Source: Alphaproteobacteria bacterium
Lineage (GTDB): Bacteria; Pseudomonadota; Alphaproteobacteria; UBA828
Assembly: GCA_963422645.2 (NCBI GenBank)
Contig: CAXXVO010000007.1
Coordinates: 448,001 to 512,000, forward strand
Length of the DNA: 64,000 nucleotides
Reading direction: 5' to 3'
Part shown: one piece after another, positions 31,142-41,980 of the stretch
How the letters are laid out: every line of letters starts with the position of its first letter
Numbering within the stretch: the first letter of the stretch is position 1
Notes under the pieces: generated by a model
The model's input: the letters and a program-made list of their open reading frames with translations, nothing else
Told to the model about the DNA's origin: nothing
Database searches by the model: none
Position numbers and translations under genes: made by a program

Positions 31142-31828
31142 TAGGCTCTCGCGGGTGAACTCGTCCAGGACATTGAGCATGCGGAAGGCCCGGCCGTCAT
31201 GGGTCTGGTGATGCACGAAGTCATAGGACCAGACATGGTTTGCCTACTCGGCGCGCAGCCGGACGCAGGAACCGTCGTTGAGCCGGAGCCGGCCCCGCTT
31301 GGGTTGTTTGCCGGGCACCTTCAGCCCCTCGCGCCGCCACAGGCGCTCGACCCGCTTGTCATTGACCTGCCAGCCGGCGTCGCGCAGCAGGGCTGCGATC
31401 CGCCGGTATCCGTAGCGGCCATACTGGCGGGCCAGCTCGATCATGTCCGCTACCAGGCGATCCTCGTCGGCACGGCCGCGCGGGATGCGGCGCTGGGTCG
31501 AGCGATGCTGCCCCAGCACCCGGCAAGCGCGGCGCTCCGAGATCCCGAGCCGGTCGCAGACATGATCGATGCACTGACGGCGGCGCGAGGGGCTCACAAG
31601 TTTCCCTGGGCTGCCTCCTTGAGGATCTGCTTGTCCAGCGTCAGGTCCGAGACCGCACGGCGCAGCCGCTCGTTCTCTTTCTCAAGCGCCGCTGAGACGA
31701 CGGAGCTGGTCGCCGCTCATCCCGCCATACTCCTTGCGCCAGCGGTAGTGCGTGACCCAGCCTACTCCAACAAATTCCTGCCCAAACCAGCCAATCCGGC
31801 CGCAACTGGCCGGCGCTACGGAAGCCTG

Positions 31829-32458
31829 CTAGCTCGCCGGCGGCCGGCGCGCGATCACGAACCTCACGACATCGTCGATCAGAAATCGGCTCTCGGCGAG
31901 TTCGAGGCCAGCAGGCTCGACATGGCGATGCGGCTCGCGGTCGAAGCCCGCGCCGTAGGCCCACCGCACCCAGGGCGCCCAGAGCCCCATGACGAAGCGC
32001 CGCCACGGCCGCTTGGACCACGTGTAGTCGAGCAGGCGGATCTCGCCGCCGGGCCTCACGATCCGCCCGAGCTCTTCGAGCGCCGCCTGCTGCCGATCCG
32101 GCTTCAGAACACAGAAGACGAAGCTCGCGACCACGGCGTCGAAGCTTGAGTCGGCGAAGCCGGTCCGCAGCACGTCCATCGCCGCAAGCGGCACGTCCCT
32201 GCCGAGCGCATCGCGCCGTGCGCGGGCCTGCGCCAGCATCGCCTGCGAGAGATCGATGCCGACCACCTGAGCCCCGGTGGGATAGTAGGGGACATTGCGG
32301 CCGGTCCCGACGCCGGCGTCCAGAATCCGCCCCGTGAGCCCGGCGAAGAGCGCACCCCGGATCGGCGCGTAGCGCTTGCGCTCGAACGACCCGTCGAGAA
32401 AGTCGTAGAAAGGCGCGATGCGCCGATAGACCCCGCGCGCGTCGCCGGCAGTGTTCAC
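31829..32458 (-). CDS. Class I SAM-dependent methyltransferase (PmtA-like)
   Basis: YRRIAPFYD, ILDAGVGTG, GIDLSQAML, FDAVVASFVFC, RIVRPGG. Confidence 0.8.
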   Translation of the reverse strand: MNTAGDARGVYRRIAPFYDFLDGSFERKRYAPIRGALFAGLTGRILDAGVGTGRNVPYYPTGAQVVGIDLSQAMLAQARARRDALGRDVPLAAMDVLRTGFADSSFDAVVASFVFCVLKPDRQQAALEELGRIVRPGGEIRLLDYTWSKRPWRRFVMGLWAPWVRWAYGAGFDREPHRHVEPAGLELAESRFLIDDVVRFVIARRPPAS

Positions 32459-32482
32459 GGCGAGTGCCGGCGCGGCACAGCG

Positions 32483-33364
32483 CTACTCCCGTGCGCGCAC
32501 CGTCGCCGCGTAGTCCGCCATCAAGGTCCGGGTAACGGGACCGACCTGAAAATTATGGTCGTCGATGGCGCCGACCGGCGTGACCTCGGCGGCGGTGCCG
32601 GTGAGGAAGATCTCGTCGCTCTTCGCAATCTCCTCGGGCATGACGGCGCGCTCCACCACTTCGTAGCCGCGCTTTCCCGCAAGCTCGATGACCGTGCGCC
32701 GGGTGATTCCATCGAGGAAGCAATCCGGCGTCGGCGTGTGGATGACTCCGTCCTGGACGAGGAAAATGTTGGCGCCCGTGGCTTCGGAAACCTGCCCGCG
32801 CCAGTCGAGCATGAGCGCGTCGTGGCAGCCTTCCCTCTCTGCTTCGTGCTTGCTGAGAGTGCAGATCATATAGAGACCGGCGCACTTCGCCGTCACCGGC
32901 GCTGTGTCCGGCGCGGGCCGGCGCCAGCGCGCTGTCTTAAGCTTGATGCCTCGCGTGACCGCATCCTCGCCGAAATAGGCCGGCCACGCCCAGGCGGCGA
33001 TGGCCACGTGAATCGTGTTGTGCTGCGCCGAGACGCCCATCATCTCGGCCCCTCGCCAGGCCACCGGCCGCACGTAGCCGTCGCCGAGGCCGTGCGCCGC
33101 GACGACCTCATTCGAAGCTTCGACCAGAACCTCCAGGCTGTAGGGTATCTCGAAGCCCAGGTCGTGGGCGGAATTGAGGAGACGCTGAGTGTGCTCCTCC
33201 ACCTTGAAGATGCGCCCGTCGTAGACCCGCTCGCCTTCGAACACGCAGCTCGCATAGTGCAGGCCGTGGCTCAGCACGTGCAGCTTCGCGTCGCGCCACG
33301 GCACGAGCGCGCCGTTGTACCAGATGACTCCGTCGCGATCGTCGTAGGGGATGAGGTCGGCCAT
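32483..33364 (-). CDS. ilvE: Branched-chain amino acid aminotransferase
   Basis: PYDDRDGVIW, HGLHYASCVFEG, AKCAGLY, EATGANIF, LDGITRRTV, TGTAAEVTPV. Confidence 0.95.
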   Translation of the reverse strand: MADLIPYDDRDGVIWYNGALVPWRDAKLHVLSHGLHYASCVFEGERVYDGRIFKVEEHTQRLLNSAHDLGFEIPYSLEVLVEASNEVVAAHGLGDGYVRPVAWRGAEMMGVSAQHNTIHVAIAAWAWPAYFGEDAVTRGIKLKTARWRRPAPDTAPVTAKCAGLYMICTLSKHEAEREGCHDALMLDWRGQVSEATGANIFLVQDGVIHTPTPDCFLDGITRRTVIELAGKRGYEVVERAVMPEEIAKSDEIFLTGTAAEVTPVGAIDDHNFQVGPVTRTLMADYAATVRARE

Positions 33365-33437
33365 GGTGCTCACGGATGGTCGGCGGGTGGGAAGAAAGCT
33401 GTTGCGCTCCCTATCATCGGCCTGCATATAAGTCAAC

Positions 33438-33920
33438 GTGACTGACGTAAAGGCCGGGCCGAATCCCCTTTATCTGCGTGAAGACCAGCTTCACGAGGCG
33501 ATGGAGCTGCTCTTCTTCGCCTACCGGGATTTCACGACCGAATGCGATACGATCCTCGAGTCGTACGGTTTTGGGCGCGCGCATCACCGGGTCGTTTATT
33601 TCGTTGGCCGCAATCCGGACATCTCCGTCACGGCATTGCTGGAAATTCTGAGAATCACCAAGCAGAGCCTGTCGCGGGTGCTTGGCCCGCTGGTGAGAGA
33701 GGGATTCGTGACGACCAGACAAGACCCTGCCGACGGGCGCCGCCGGTTGCTCGCCCTCACGGCGAAAGGCCGAAGTTTGGAGAGCCGCCTGTCCGCGACC
33801 CAGCGCGCCCGCATCGCCAAGGCTTACCGCAGCGCAGGCGGCGTCGCCGTGGAAGGATATCGGGAGGTGTTGATGGGAATCATCGACGAGGCTGATCGGC
33901 GCCGCTTCGACCGGCCCTGA
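33438..33920 (+). CDS. MarR-family regulator (PetP-like)
   Basis: ELLFFAYRDFT, FGRAHHR, LRITKQSLSRVL, DGRRRLLALT. Confidence 0.9.
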   Translation: MTDVKAGPNPLYLREDQLHEAMELLFFAYRDFTTECDTILESYGFGRAHHRVVYFVGRNPDISVTALLEILRITKQSLSRVLGPLVREGFVTTRQDPADGRRRLLALTAKGRSLESRLSATQRARIAKAYRSAGGVAVEGYREVLMGIIDEADRRRFDRP

Positions 33921-33965
33921 GGCTGGCGGGTCGAATTGGCCTGTCCGGCGAGGGACGATGCGTCG

Positions 33966-34700
33966 ATGAAGGGCGAGAGCGCGGCAACCGTCACCCCCCA
34001 CCGGGAGGCACCGCCGGCCGAGGCGGAGCACATCCTGATGGTGGACGACGACGACCGCCTGCGCACATTGCTCGGCCGCTATCTTCGGGATAACGGCTAC
34101 CTCGTCTCCACCGCGAGCACCGCCGCCGAGGCGCGGGCCAAGCTCGACGGCATGACCTTCGACCTGATCGTGCTCGACGTGATGATGCCGGGCGAATCGG
34201 GCGTCGAGTTCACGCGCGGGCTGCGTCGCTCCGACACGGTTCCGGTCTTGCTGCTCACGGCCATGGCCGAGCCGGAAGACCGCATCACCGGGCTGGAGAG
34301 CGGTGCGGACGACTACTTGACCAAGCCCTTCGAGCCGCGCGAGCTGCTGCTGCGCGTTGCCACCATCCTGCGGCGCACGGCCGCGACGCCCCCCGCGACG
34401 CCCGAGACCTGCATCGTAATGGGGGAGGCTCGGTATTTTCCGGCGCGGGATCAGCTCCTGCGGGGCGACGATCCGGTGCGGCTGACCACGGCCGAGGCCG
34501 ACCTCCTCCGCGTCTTCGCCGCCAATCCGGGAGAGACGATGAGCCGGCACGTGCTGGGCGAGCGCCTCGGCGGCGGCGCCTCGCGCCGCGCGATCGACGT
34601 TCAAATCGCCCGGCTGAGGCGCAAGATCGAGCCGGAACCCCAAAATCCTCGTTACCTGCAGACCGTCTGGGGCCGGGGCTATGTGCTGCGAGCCGACTGA
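33966..34700 (+). CDS. OmpR-family response regulator
   Basis: ILMVDDD, LDVMMPGESG, GADDYLTKPF, DVQIARLRRKIE, TVWGRGY. Confidence 0.93.
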   Translation: MKGESAATVTPHREAPPAEAEHILMVDDDDRLRTLLGRYLRDNGYLVSTASTAAEARAKLDGMTFDLIVLDVMMPGESGVEFTRGLRRSDTVPVLLLTAMAEPEDRITGLESGADDYLTKPFEPRELLLRVATILRRTAATPPATPETCIVMGEARYFPARDQLLRGDDPVRLTTAEADLLRVFAANPGETMSRHVLGERLGGGASRRAIDVQIARLRRKIEPEPQNPRYLQTVWGRGYVLRAD

Positions 34701-34730
34701 GCTGCGGCGTCCGCCAGGGAAGCGTGCGCC

Positions 34731-36059
34731 GTGAACCCGCTGCGGAGATTCCTGCCGCGCGGCCTCTTCTGGCGGGCCTTCCTGATCATGTTCATTCCAC
34801 TGATCCTGGTTCAAGCGACGGTGGTCTACATCTTCTTCGAACGTCACTGGGACACGGTGAGCCACCAGCTGGCGCTGGATGTCAGTGGCGATGTCCTCTC
34901 CATCATGCGTATGGCCGATGGCGTGACGGATCCCGCAGAGCGCGCCCGGATCGACGAGATCGCCCGGCGGGAAATGCAGTTCGGTGTCGTCTTCGAGGAT
35001 GGCGCAGTACTGCCTGACGAAGCTCCGCCGCAGAGCAGTGGCATCTCTTACGAAATGCTGCACCGGCAGCTCGACCGCCGCATCGGAGCCTCCTACCATC
35101 TCGATAGCAACTTGCCCAACAAGGGGATGACAATTCGGGTCCAGCGCCCCGATGGTGTGTTGACCCTGATCACGACGACCAGGCGCACGCGGGAATCGAC
35201 TACAGTCCTGCCCTTCCTGTGGATGGCAGGGATGGCGCTATTGGTTACGACGATCGCCGTCATGTTTCTGCGTAACCAGGTTCGTCCGATCAGGCGGCTG
35301 GCAGCCGCTGCCGACGCGCTGGGCAAGGGCCGGCCAGTGACCGACCTCAAACCCGCGGGCGCGTCCGAGGTTCGTCTCGCGGGCGCCGCCTTCCTGGAGA
35401 TGCAGGGGCGGATTCAGCGCCAGATCACGCAGCGCACCGAGATGCTGGCCGGGGTCTCTCACGATCTTCGCACTCCGCTCACCCGGGTGAGGCTGCAGCT
35501 CGCCATGTTGGCCGATTCGCACCCGGACTCGCGGGCCGAGATTGGTGAATCCGAGCAGGACCTGCTGCTCATGGAACACATGATCGACGAATACATGGCC
35601 TTCGCCCGGGGTCAGGGCGCGGAGGCGCCGGTCAGCACCGACCTCGCCGAGATCATCGACGATGTCACCGCCGATGCCCGCAGCAAGGGCAGCCCGATCA
35701 CTCTTGAGCTCGAGCGACCCCTGGTCATGGCGCTCCGGCCGAACGCCATCCGCCGCTGCCTCACCAATCTGGTCGAGAACGCCGTGCATCATGGCAGACA
35801 GGTCGCGATCAGCGCCGTGCGCCGGGATGACGTCGTCTCGATCGCGGTCGAGGACGACGGGCCGGGCATTCCCGAGGACCAGCGGGAAGAGGTGTTCAAG
35901 CCCTTCTTCCGGCTCGATGACGCGCGCAACCCGCGCACCGGCGGCGCCGGCCTCGGCCTCGCGATCGCGCGCGACGTCGCCCGCGGGCATGGCGGCGAAA
36001 TCCGCATGAGCGGAGCCTCGCTCGGCGGCCTGCGCGCCGAGCTCCGACTACCGGTCTAG
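34731..36059 (+). CDS. EnvZ-like sensor histidine kinase
   Basis: Two TM segments, HAMP, SHDLRTPL, NLVENA, DDGPG, GAGLGLAI. Confidence 0.93.
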   Translation: MNPLRRFLPRGLFWRAFLIMFIPLILVQATVVYIFFERHWDTVSHQLALDVSGDVLSIMRMADGVTDPAERARIDEIARREMQFGVVFEDGAVLPDEAPPQSSGISYEMLHRQLDRRIGASYHLDSNLPNKGMTIRVQRPDGVLTLITTTRRTRESTTVLPFLWMAGMALLVTTIAVMFLRNQVRPIRRLAAAADALGKGRPVTDLKPAGASEVRLAGAAFLEMQGRIQRQITQRTEMLAGVSHDLRTPLTRVRLQLAMLADSHPDSRAEIGESEQDLLLMEHMIDEYMAFARGQGAEAPVSTDLAEIIDDVTADARSKGSPITLELERPLVMALRPNAIRRCLTNLVENAVHHGRQVAISAVRRDDVVSIAVEDDGPGIPEDQREEVFKPFFRLDDARNPRTGGAGLGLAIARDVARGHGGEIRMSGASLGGLRAELRLPV

Positions 36060-36068
36060 GTTAGGAAC

Positions 36069-36713
36069 CTAACCGGCTTCTGCAGGCTGGGTGTCGCGCC
36101 ACTCGCGTCTTGGCGCGAGACGGCAGAGCGCGCGCGTCATTCGGTCGAGGCGCTTGAGCCTGCGGTCGAGCACGGCCATGGTGCGCGCCATGTCTTCGCT
36201 GTTGTCCCGGAGCCAGACCGGGAGCATGGAGAGATAAAGCGCACAGAGCGCCTTGACTCGGAGCCTGCCCTGCAGGCCCGCGCTGCTCAAATCGGCGGCT
36301 TCGAGCATCCAGCGCATCGAACGCCGCAGCGTCAGCGGGCCGCACAGGATCGCTTCGGGGTTCGACGGGCAGCTTCGCAGGATCGCGCCTACCCCATCCT
36401 TGTTGGCATTGAGAAGATCGAAGCGCTTCATGAGCACATCGAACAGACGCTCTGTGGCCGGTCGCCCCGCCATCTCGGGGTCCCGCGCGGCCAGAACCTC
36501 GCGGTCGATCGCCGCCGCATAGGCCGCGACGATAGCGTGTTTGGCCGCGAACTCTGCTCGCATCTCAGCCAGGGAGACCCCGGCCGCCTCGGCGATGTCG
36601 CCGAGCCCAACCCGCGCCCAGCCTCGGCTCGCGGCCAAAGCCAGAGCACTCTCGATGATGGTCTGGGACGCGTCCTTGCGCTTGCCGGCCCCCGCTGCAG
36701 CTTTCCTCGGCAT
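36069..36713 (-). CDS. TetR-family regulator-like protein
   Basis: N-terminal HTH (DIAEAAGVS), ERLFDVLMKRFD, TMAVLDRRL. Confidence 0.8.
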   Translation of the reverse strand: MPRKAAAGAGKRKDASQTIIESALALAASRGWARVGLGDIAEAAGVSLAEMRAEFAAKHAIVAAYAAAIDREVLAARDPEMAGRPATERLFDVLMKRFDLLNANKDGVGAILRSCPSNPEAILCGPLTLRRSMRWMLEAADLSSAGLQGRLRVKALCALYLSMLPVWLRDNSEDMARTMAVLDRRLKRLDRMTRALCRLAPRREWRDTQPAEAG

Positions 36714-36796
36714 GGTCCTGCGCCTCGTCGCCGTCTCCAGTGCCTGAAGTGTAGGCCGCCCGAAATCCGGGGGTCAACGCGCTCTCTGTGGGCCAC

Positions 36797-37618
36797 CTAC
36801 GACGGGGCGAGGGCGCGCCCTCGCTCGGTGGCGGCGCGAACCGCGCGGGTCATGAGGGGGCTGAGCCCCTCCGCCGCCATCAGGACCGAGAGCGCGGCCT
36901 CGGTGGTGCCGCCGGGACTGGTCACGTTGCGGCGAAGCTGGGCGGCGTCGTCCTGTGCCTGAGCAAGCAGGGCACCGGCGCCGCTCACCGTGCGCTCGGC
37001 CAACAAGCGCGCGAGATCCGCGGACAGTCCGGCTTCGACCGCGGCCTCGGCCAGGCATTCCGCGAGCAGGAAGACGTAGGCCGGGCCGCTGCCGGAGACC
37101 GCTGTCACCGCATCCATGTGGTACTCGTCGTCGATCCAGGCGACGGCGCCCACGGCCTCCAGCAATCCCTCGCAGAGCGCCCGCTGATCGCGGTTTGCGG
37201 CTGAATTGGCCCAGGCGACGGTCATGCCCTCGCCAATGGCGGCCGGCGTATTGGGCATGGCACGAACGATGGCAACCTCGCCGAGATCCCGCGCCAGCAG
37301 GGAGGAGGGCCAGCCGGCGGCGATGGAAAGATGCACACAGTCCGCGCCGCCGAAGCCCGCGTACTGGGGCACGACCTCCGCCATGACTTGCGGCTTGACC
37401 GCAAAGACGATCGCCGCGGGCTCGAGCGTGGCGGGCAAGGCGGCGTGCTCGGCCACGCGTTCCGCCCCGAGCGGAGCGAGGCGCGCGGCCACGCCGTCGT
37501 CGGGCTCGACGATGCGGAGTTGGGCTGCATCCAGCGGCCCGCGCAGCCACCCGGCCGCGAGCGCGCCGCCCATCCTGCCGCCGCCGACCAGGACGATAGG
37601 GCCGGAAGACATTGCCAT
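36797..37618 (-). CDS. proC: Pyrroline-5-carboxylate reductase
   Basis: GGGRMG, FAVKPQ, SIAAG, RAMPNTP, TAVSGSGPAY, VTSPGGTT. Confidence 0.96.
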   Translation of the reverse strand: MAMSSGPIVLVGGGRMGGALAAGWLRGPLDAAQLRIVEPDDGVAARLAPLGAERVAEHAALPATLEPAAIVFAVKPQVMAEVVPQYAGFGGADCVHLSIAAGWPSSLLARDLGEVAIVRAMPNTPAAIGEGMTVAWANSAANRDQRALCEGLLEAVGAVAWIDDEYHMDAVTAVSGSGPAYVFLLAECLAEAAVEAGLSADLARLLAERTVSGAGALLAQAQDDAAQLRRNVTSPGGTTEAALSVLMAAEGLSPLMTRAVRAATERGRALAPS

Positions 37619-38121
37619 CAGGCGTTCCCTCGCGGTTCCATGAGCGCCGCCCCGAAGGCTTCCTCGGGCGCGAGGCCCGCCTGGACCACTTGCTGGAACG
37701 CCGGATAGAAGCGCTCGCACTCGGCGACGCCCACGGTCACAACCTCGACGATCTGGGAGTCCTCCACGCCCTGGGTGCCGCGCAGCAGGAGCGCGTGGCG
37801 CCACGTCGGCTGGCCTTCCTCGGCCCAGAGATCGAAGTGGCCGATCCACAGGCTTTCGTTGATCAGGTTGACCAGGGCGCCGACCGCCGGCCGGCAGCCA
37901 GCGGGGATGCCCATGTCGAATCCGCTGGCAAAGTGCAGGACGTCGAGATCCGAGCGGTAGGCGAACCAGAGCTGGTAATCGCACCAGCCTCCGGCGAGCG
38001 AGCCGGTGATGTCCTCGTCGCCCATGCGCTCGAACGAGAGCCGGCTCGCCATCATCACCCGCTCGACCGCGTCGAGCGCGTCGCACGAAAGGCGCTCCGG
38101 TTCCACAAGCGACACCGCCAT
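37618..38121 (-). CDS. YbjN-domain protein
   Basis: GGWCDYQL, INESLWIGHFDLW, CERFYPAFQ, MEPRGNA; typical position upstream of proC; ATG at 38121. Confidence 0.85.
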   Translation of the reverse strand: MAVSLVEPERLSCDALDAVERVMMASRLSFERMGDEDITGSLAGGWCDYQLWFAYRSDLDVLHFASGFDMGIPAGCRPAVGALVNLINESLWIGHFDLWAEEGQPTWRHALLLRGTQGVEDSQIVEVVTVGVAECERFYPAFQQVVQAGLAPEEAFGAALMEPRGNA

Positions 38122-38267
38122 CTCATCGCCCCGTCGTAGTGCCGGCACAGGCGGCAGGCGCCGATGCCTACCACATGTGACGCTAACCACAATAAGGTGC
38201 GATGGCGAGAGAAAAAAACCCAAAATGTTGCGTTTTGCGTGTATCCGATGGCGTTGGCGCCCCAGCC

Positions 38268-38825
38268 CTAATTGGGAAGCTGCGGTGCCGCCCCCTCCGG
38301 CAGGGGGACGCGATGCTCGTTCAGCGTCATCGCGATCATCGCGTAGTAGCCATTCAGCGCCGTGAGCTCGACCACACCCGCCGGGGCCAGCAGCGCGAGC
38401 GCCTTGTCGTAGGTCTCGTCGCTCACGACACGGTTCATTTGCAGCTCGCAAGTGAAGTCGTAGACCGTCACCTCGTCCTCTGCCGAGAGCGGCGGCGGGC
38501 GCCGGTGCTTGATCGCCTCGATCACCGCCTCCGGCAGGCCGGCGCGCGCCGCTTCGGGCGCGTGCCAGTGCCATTCGTACTGGCACGACCAGTGGCGGGC
38601 GACCGCCAGGATCGCGAGCTCGCTGAGCCTGGGCTCCAGGCTGGTCTGGTAGCGCAACAGGGCGCCCAGCGCCTGCACACGGTCCGCAAGCTCGGCGTTG
38701 TGCAGGAATGCCATGAAGAGCTCGGGCACCGTGCCGCGCGGGCCGCTCGCGATCGCGTCGTAGACGCGGCGCTGGTCCGCCGACAGGCTCTCGACGCTGG
38801 GCCGCGGCAGGCGGGTTGCGGTCAT
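38268..38825 (-). CDS. Carboxymuconolactone decarboxylase / AhpD-like protein
   Basis: [35 protein letters not shown]. Confidence 0.8.
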   Translation of the reverse strand: MTATRLPRPSVESLSADQRRVYDAIASGPRGTVPELFMAFLHNAELADRVQALGALLRYQTSLEPRLSELAILAVARHWSCQYEWHWHAPEAARAGLPEAVIEAIKHRRPPPLSAEDEVTVYDFTCELQMNRVVSDETYDKALALLAPAGVVELTALNGYYAMIAMTLNEHRVPLPEGAAPQLPN

Positions 38826-39322
38826 GCCGCTCCCTGCCCCTCTTGGGCGGCTTCGCGCTCGGCAATCGGCGGCACGAATTGCAGGTCGGTGTCCCAGGGG
38901 AAGAAGATCCAGGTGTCCTGGCTGACCTCGGTGACGAAGGTGTGCGCCTCGCTCCGGCCCGCGGGCTTGGCATAGACGCAGGCGAAGTGGGCCTTGGGCA
39001 GCATCTCGCGCACGATGCGGGCCGTGGCCCCAGTATCGGCGAGATCGTCAACGATCAGGACCCCCTCGCCGTCGCCTTCGACCGGCTTCAGGACATGCGC
39101 CGAGCGCTGGTCCTGGTGGTCGTAGGAGGAGATGCAGACGGTGTCGATCAAGCGGATGTCCAACTCGCGGGCGACGATCGTCGCCGGCACCAGCCCGCCC
39201 CGGGTGACCGCGACGATACTCTGCCAAGGGCCGAGCTCCGCCAGCCGCCAGGCGAGCGCGCGGGCGTCTCGATGAAGTTGATCCCACGATACGGGGAAGC
39301 CTTTTGCATATCCTTCCGTCAT
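38822..39322 (-). CDS. gpt: Xanthine phosphoribosyltransferase
   Basis: [49 protein letters not shown]. Confidence 0.95.
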   Translation of the reverse strand: MTEGYAKGFPVSWDQLHRDARALAWRLAELGPWQSIVAVTRGGLVPATIVARELDIRLIDTVCISSYDHQDQRSAHVLKPVEGDGEGVLIVDDLADTGATARIVREMLPKAHFACVYAKPAGRSEAHTFVTEVSQDTWIFFPWDTDLQFVPPIAEREAAQEGQGAA

Positions 39323-39535
39323 CTCCTGCACCGTCCTGAGCCGTTTTCCTGCCGGCGCCATGCAAGCGGACATCGCGCGGTTGGGCAAGGGGTCGCGCCG
39401 GAGGGCGCGCAGAAACATGAGTGGAGCCGGAAGGCGCCGTATCATGAGCAGAGCCGGAAGGCGCGCGAACTTCTGAGTGGAGCCAGAAAGCGCGCCGCCT
39501 TTCGATCCCTGCCCGATCCGGGTAAGAAACGACGC

Positions 39536-40444
39536 ATGGTCGACCACGTACGCGCGCTGCCGGGCAGCGAAATCGAGACGCGGGCGCTCCTCGAGGAGAG
39601 ACGCTATGTCGCGGACGACGCGCTGGTCAAGACCCTCTACCTGAGCTTCGCCCTCGGTCGCCCGCTGCTCTTGGAGGGCGAGGCCGGCTGCGGCAAGACC
39701 CAGCTCGCCGCGACCTTGGCCGAAACGCTCGGCCGCCGCCTGCTGCGCCTGCAGTGCCACGAGGGCCTCGACTCGGCCGCCGCCGTCTACGAGTGGAACT
39801 ACGCCGCCCAGATGCTCGCGATTCGGCTGGCCGAGCGCGGCGGGACCGAGCGCGATGCCTTGGCGGAGGACATCTTCGGCGAGCGCTTCCTGGTCAAGCG
39901 CCCGCTGCTCACGGCGCTCGAGCCCGATCCCCTTGGGCCCCCGGTCCTGCTGATCGACGAGCTCGACCGCGCCGATGCCCCCTTCGAGGCCTACCTGCTG
40001 GAGGTGCTCTCCGAGTTTCAGGTGAGCGTGCCCGAGATGGGCAGGGTGACCGCCGCCGAGCGACCTATCGTCGTCATCACATCGAACCGCACGCGCGAGG
40101 TGCACGACGCCCTCAAGCGGCGCTGCCTCTACCACTGGGTCGACTATCCCGATGCCGCGCACGAGAAGGCGATCCTGCGCGCACGCCTGCCGGGGATCGA
40201 GCAACGGTTGAGCGACAACATCGCCGCCTTCATCGAGCGCATGCAGAAAGCCGATCTCTCCACGGTGCCCGCGCTCGGCGAGGTGATCGCGTGGTCGAGC
40301 GCCGTGGTCCAGCTCGATCGGATCGAGCTCGACCCCGAGACCATCCGGGCCAATCTCGAGCGCCTGCTGGCCTACCAACGGGGCCTCGCTGAGGCCAGCG
40401 GCCGTGCCCCGGCGGGGCCCCACCAGCCAGGGCAAGGGCCGTGA
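39536..40444 (+). CDS. MoxR-family AAA+ ATPase (CoxD-like)
   Basis: [43 protein letters not shown]. Confidence 0.9.
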   Translation: MVDHVRALPGSEIETRALLEERRYVADDALVKTLYLSFALGRPLLLEGEAGCGKTQLAATLAETLGRRLLRLQCHEGLDSAAAVYEWNYAAQMLAIRLAERGGTERDALAEDIFGERFLVKRPLLTALEPDPLGPPVLLIDELDRADAPFEAYLLEVLSEFQVSVPEMGRVTAAERPIVVITSNRTREVHDALKRRCLYHWVDYPDAAHEKAILRARLPGIEQRLSDNIAAFIERMQKADLSTVPALGEVIAWSSAVVQLDRIELDPETIRANLERLLAYQRGLAEASGRAPAGPHQPGQGP

Positions 40445-41655
40445 CGGTCTGGCAACAGACGGTCGAGCACGAGGCGGGCGGCACGCTCGCCTACAACGTC
40501 ATGCACTTCGTGCGCGGCCTGCGCGGCGCCGGCCTGCCGGCGGGGCCCGGCAAGACCATCGAGGCGGTGCGCGCCGTCGAAGCGGTCGATCCCATCCGCC
40601 GCAGCGATCTCTACTGGGCGCTCCACGCGGTCCTTGTCGAGCGACGCGATCAGCACGACCTCTTCGACCAGGCGTTTCGGCTCTTCTGGCGTGAAATCCG
40701 GATGGAGAGCGCGGTCCAGGGACCGGTCATGGGGTCCGACAAACTGCCCCAGCCGGAGGCGCCGCCGGCGAGCCGCCGGGCGAGCGAGGCCATCACCCCG
40801 CGCCTGCCGGAGGAAGAGGAAAACCAGGAAAACGTCGAGATCGAGCTCGACGCGGTGCTCACCTTCTCGCCCCAGGAGGTGCTGCAGGAGATGGACTTCG
40901 AGGACATGTCGGCGGACGAGCTGGCCGAGGCGAAGCGGGCGATCGCGGCGCTGCGGTTGCCGATCAAGCCGGTGCCGACGCGGCGCTTCCGGCCCGACCC
41001 GCTGGGCCGGCGCATCGACATGCGGGCCACGCTCCGCGCGAGCCTGCGCTCCAGCGGCGACATGATGCCGCTCAAGCGCCGCTCCCGCGCCGAGCGGCTG
41101 CCGGCACTGGTGGTGCTGTGCGACGTGTCGGGCTCCATGAGCCGTTATTCGCGCATGTTCCTGCACTTCGTCCACGCCGTGACCAACGACCGCGACCGGG
41201 TGCACAGCTTCCTCTTCGGCACCCGGCTCACCAACATCACGCGCCATCTCCGGCACCGCGACGTGGACGTCGCCGTCGGCCGCTCGAGCGGCGCCGTGCG
41301 CGACTGGTCCGGCGGCACGCGCATCGGCCCCTGCCTCAAGGAGTTCAACCATTTCTGGTCCAGGCGCGTGCTCGCCCAGGGCGCGCTGGTGCTGCTGATC
41401 ACCGACGGGCTCGACCGCGACGATCTCGGCATCCTGCAGGCCGAGGTGGAGCGGCTGCACAAGTCCTGCCGCCGCCTGATCTGGCTCAACCCGCTGCTCC
41501 GCTACGAGGGCTTCAAGCCCGAGGCCGGCGGGGTGCGCACGATCCTGCCGCACATCGACGAGTTCCGGCCGGTCCACAACATAGCCAGCCTGACGGACAT
41601 CGCCGCCGCACTGAGCGAGCCGATGGCCGCCGACCCGAGTGCCGCCTGGGCCTGA
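40441..41655 (+). CDS. VWA-domain protein (CoxE-like)
   Basis: [31 protein letters not shown]; GTGA overlap with the ATPase. Confidence 0.9.
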   Translation: MTVWQQTVEHEAGGTLAYNVMHFVRGLRGAGLPAGPGKTIEAVRAVEAVDPIRRSDLYWALHAVLVERRDQHDLFDQAFRLFWREIRMESAVQGPVMGSDKLPQPEAPPASRRASEAITPRLPEEEENQENVEIELDAVLTFSPQEVLQEMDFEDMSADELAEAKRAIAALRLPIKPVPTRRFRPDPLGRRIDMRATLRASLRSSGDMMPLKRRSRAERLPALVVLCDVSGSMSRYSRMFLHFVHAVTNDRDRVHSFLFGTRLTNITRHLRHRDVDVAVGRSSGAVRDWSGGTRIGPCLKEFNHFWSRRVLAQGALVLLITDGLDRDDLGILQAEVERLHKSCRRLIWLNPLLRYEGFKPEAGGVRTILPHIDEFRPVHNIASLTDIAAALSEPMAADPSAAWA

Positions 41656-41755
41656 GCCGGACCGCGGGCCGCCGCGACGGCAGCCCGCGGCACGTCCAAC
41701 ACGACTTTCGTCCATGGGCGCGAGCATACGATGCGGGCGCAGCACAAATTTTGAG

Positions 41756-41820
41756 GTGGGATTCGCGGGATAAGTGGGATTTAAGTGGGATAAGTGGGAT
41801 AAGTGGGATTTTGCGGGATA
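41756..41820. repeat. Seven tandem copies of G(T/C)GGGAT with ~9-11 bp period
   Basis: gtgggattc gcgggataa gtgggatttaa gtgggataa gtgggataa gtgggatttt gcgggata. Confidence 0.85.
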
Positions 41821-41980
41821 CAGTCCTGCAAGCCTGCAGAGAGAGCACCCTCATCCCGTCCACCGCCATCCATCCGTTCACGCCTGCGCTTCATGACACG
41901 ATGCTGACGCGCCCGGCGCGCGCCGTGCAGCGCACCATAGTCCAGGCTAAGATCGGCGCCGGAACAAGGGACGGGGAGCC

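Larger units (their letters stand above)
29482..31770 (-). mobile_element. Degenerate IS3-family (IS407-group-like) element, interrupted by IS630 and lacking its left end
   Basis: TIR TGACCTGCCCC at 29482. OrfB motifs WSYDFV, DEFTRE, IRSDNGPEF, ENGYIESFN; in-frame TAG at 31244-31246; OrfA 3' part ending in a GGGAAAC slippery site; homology lost ~31770. Confidence 0.88.

Noticed and set aside
41756-41820. Possible CRISPR array
   Set aside because: Units are 9-11 bp with no unique spacers, and there are no cas genes in the window.
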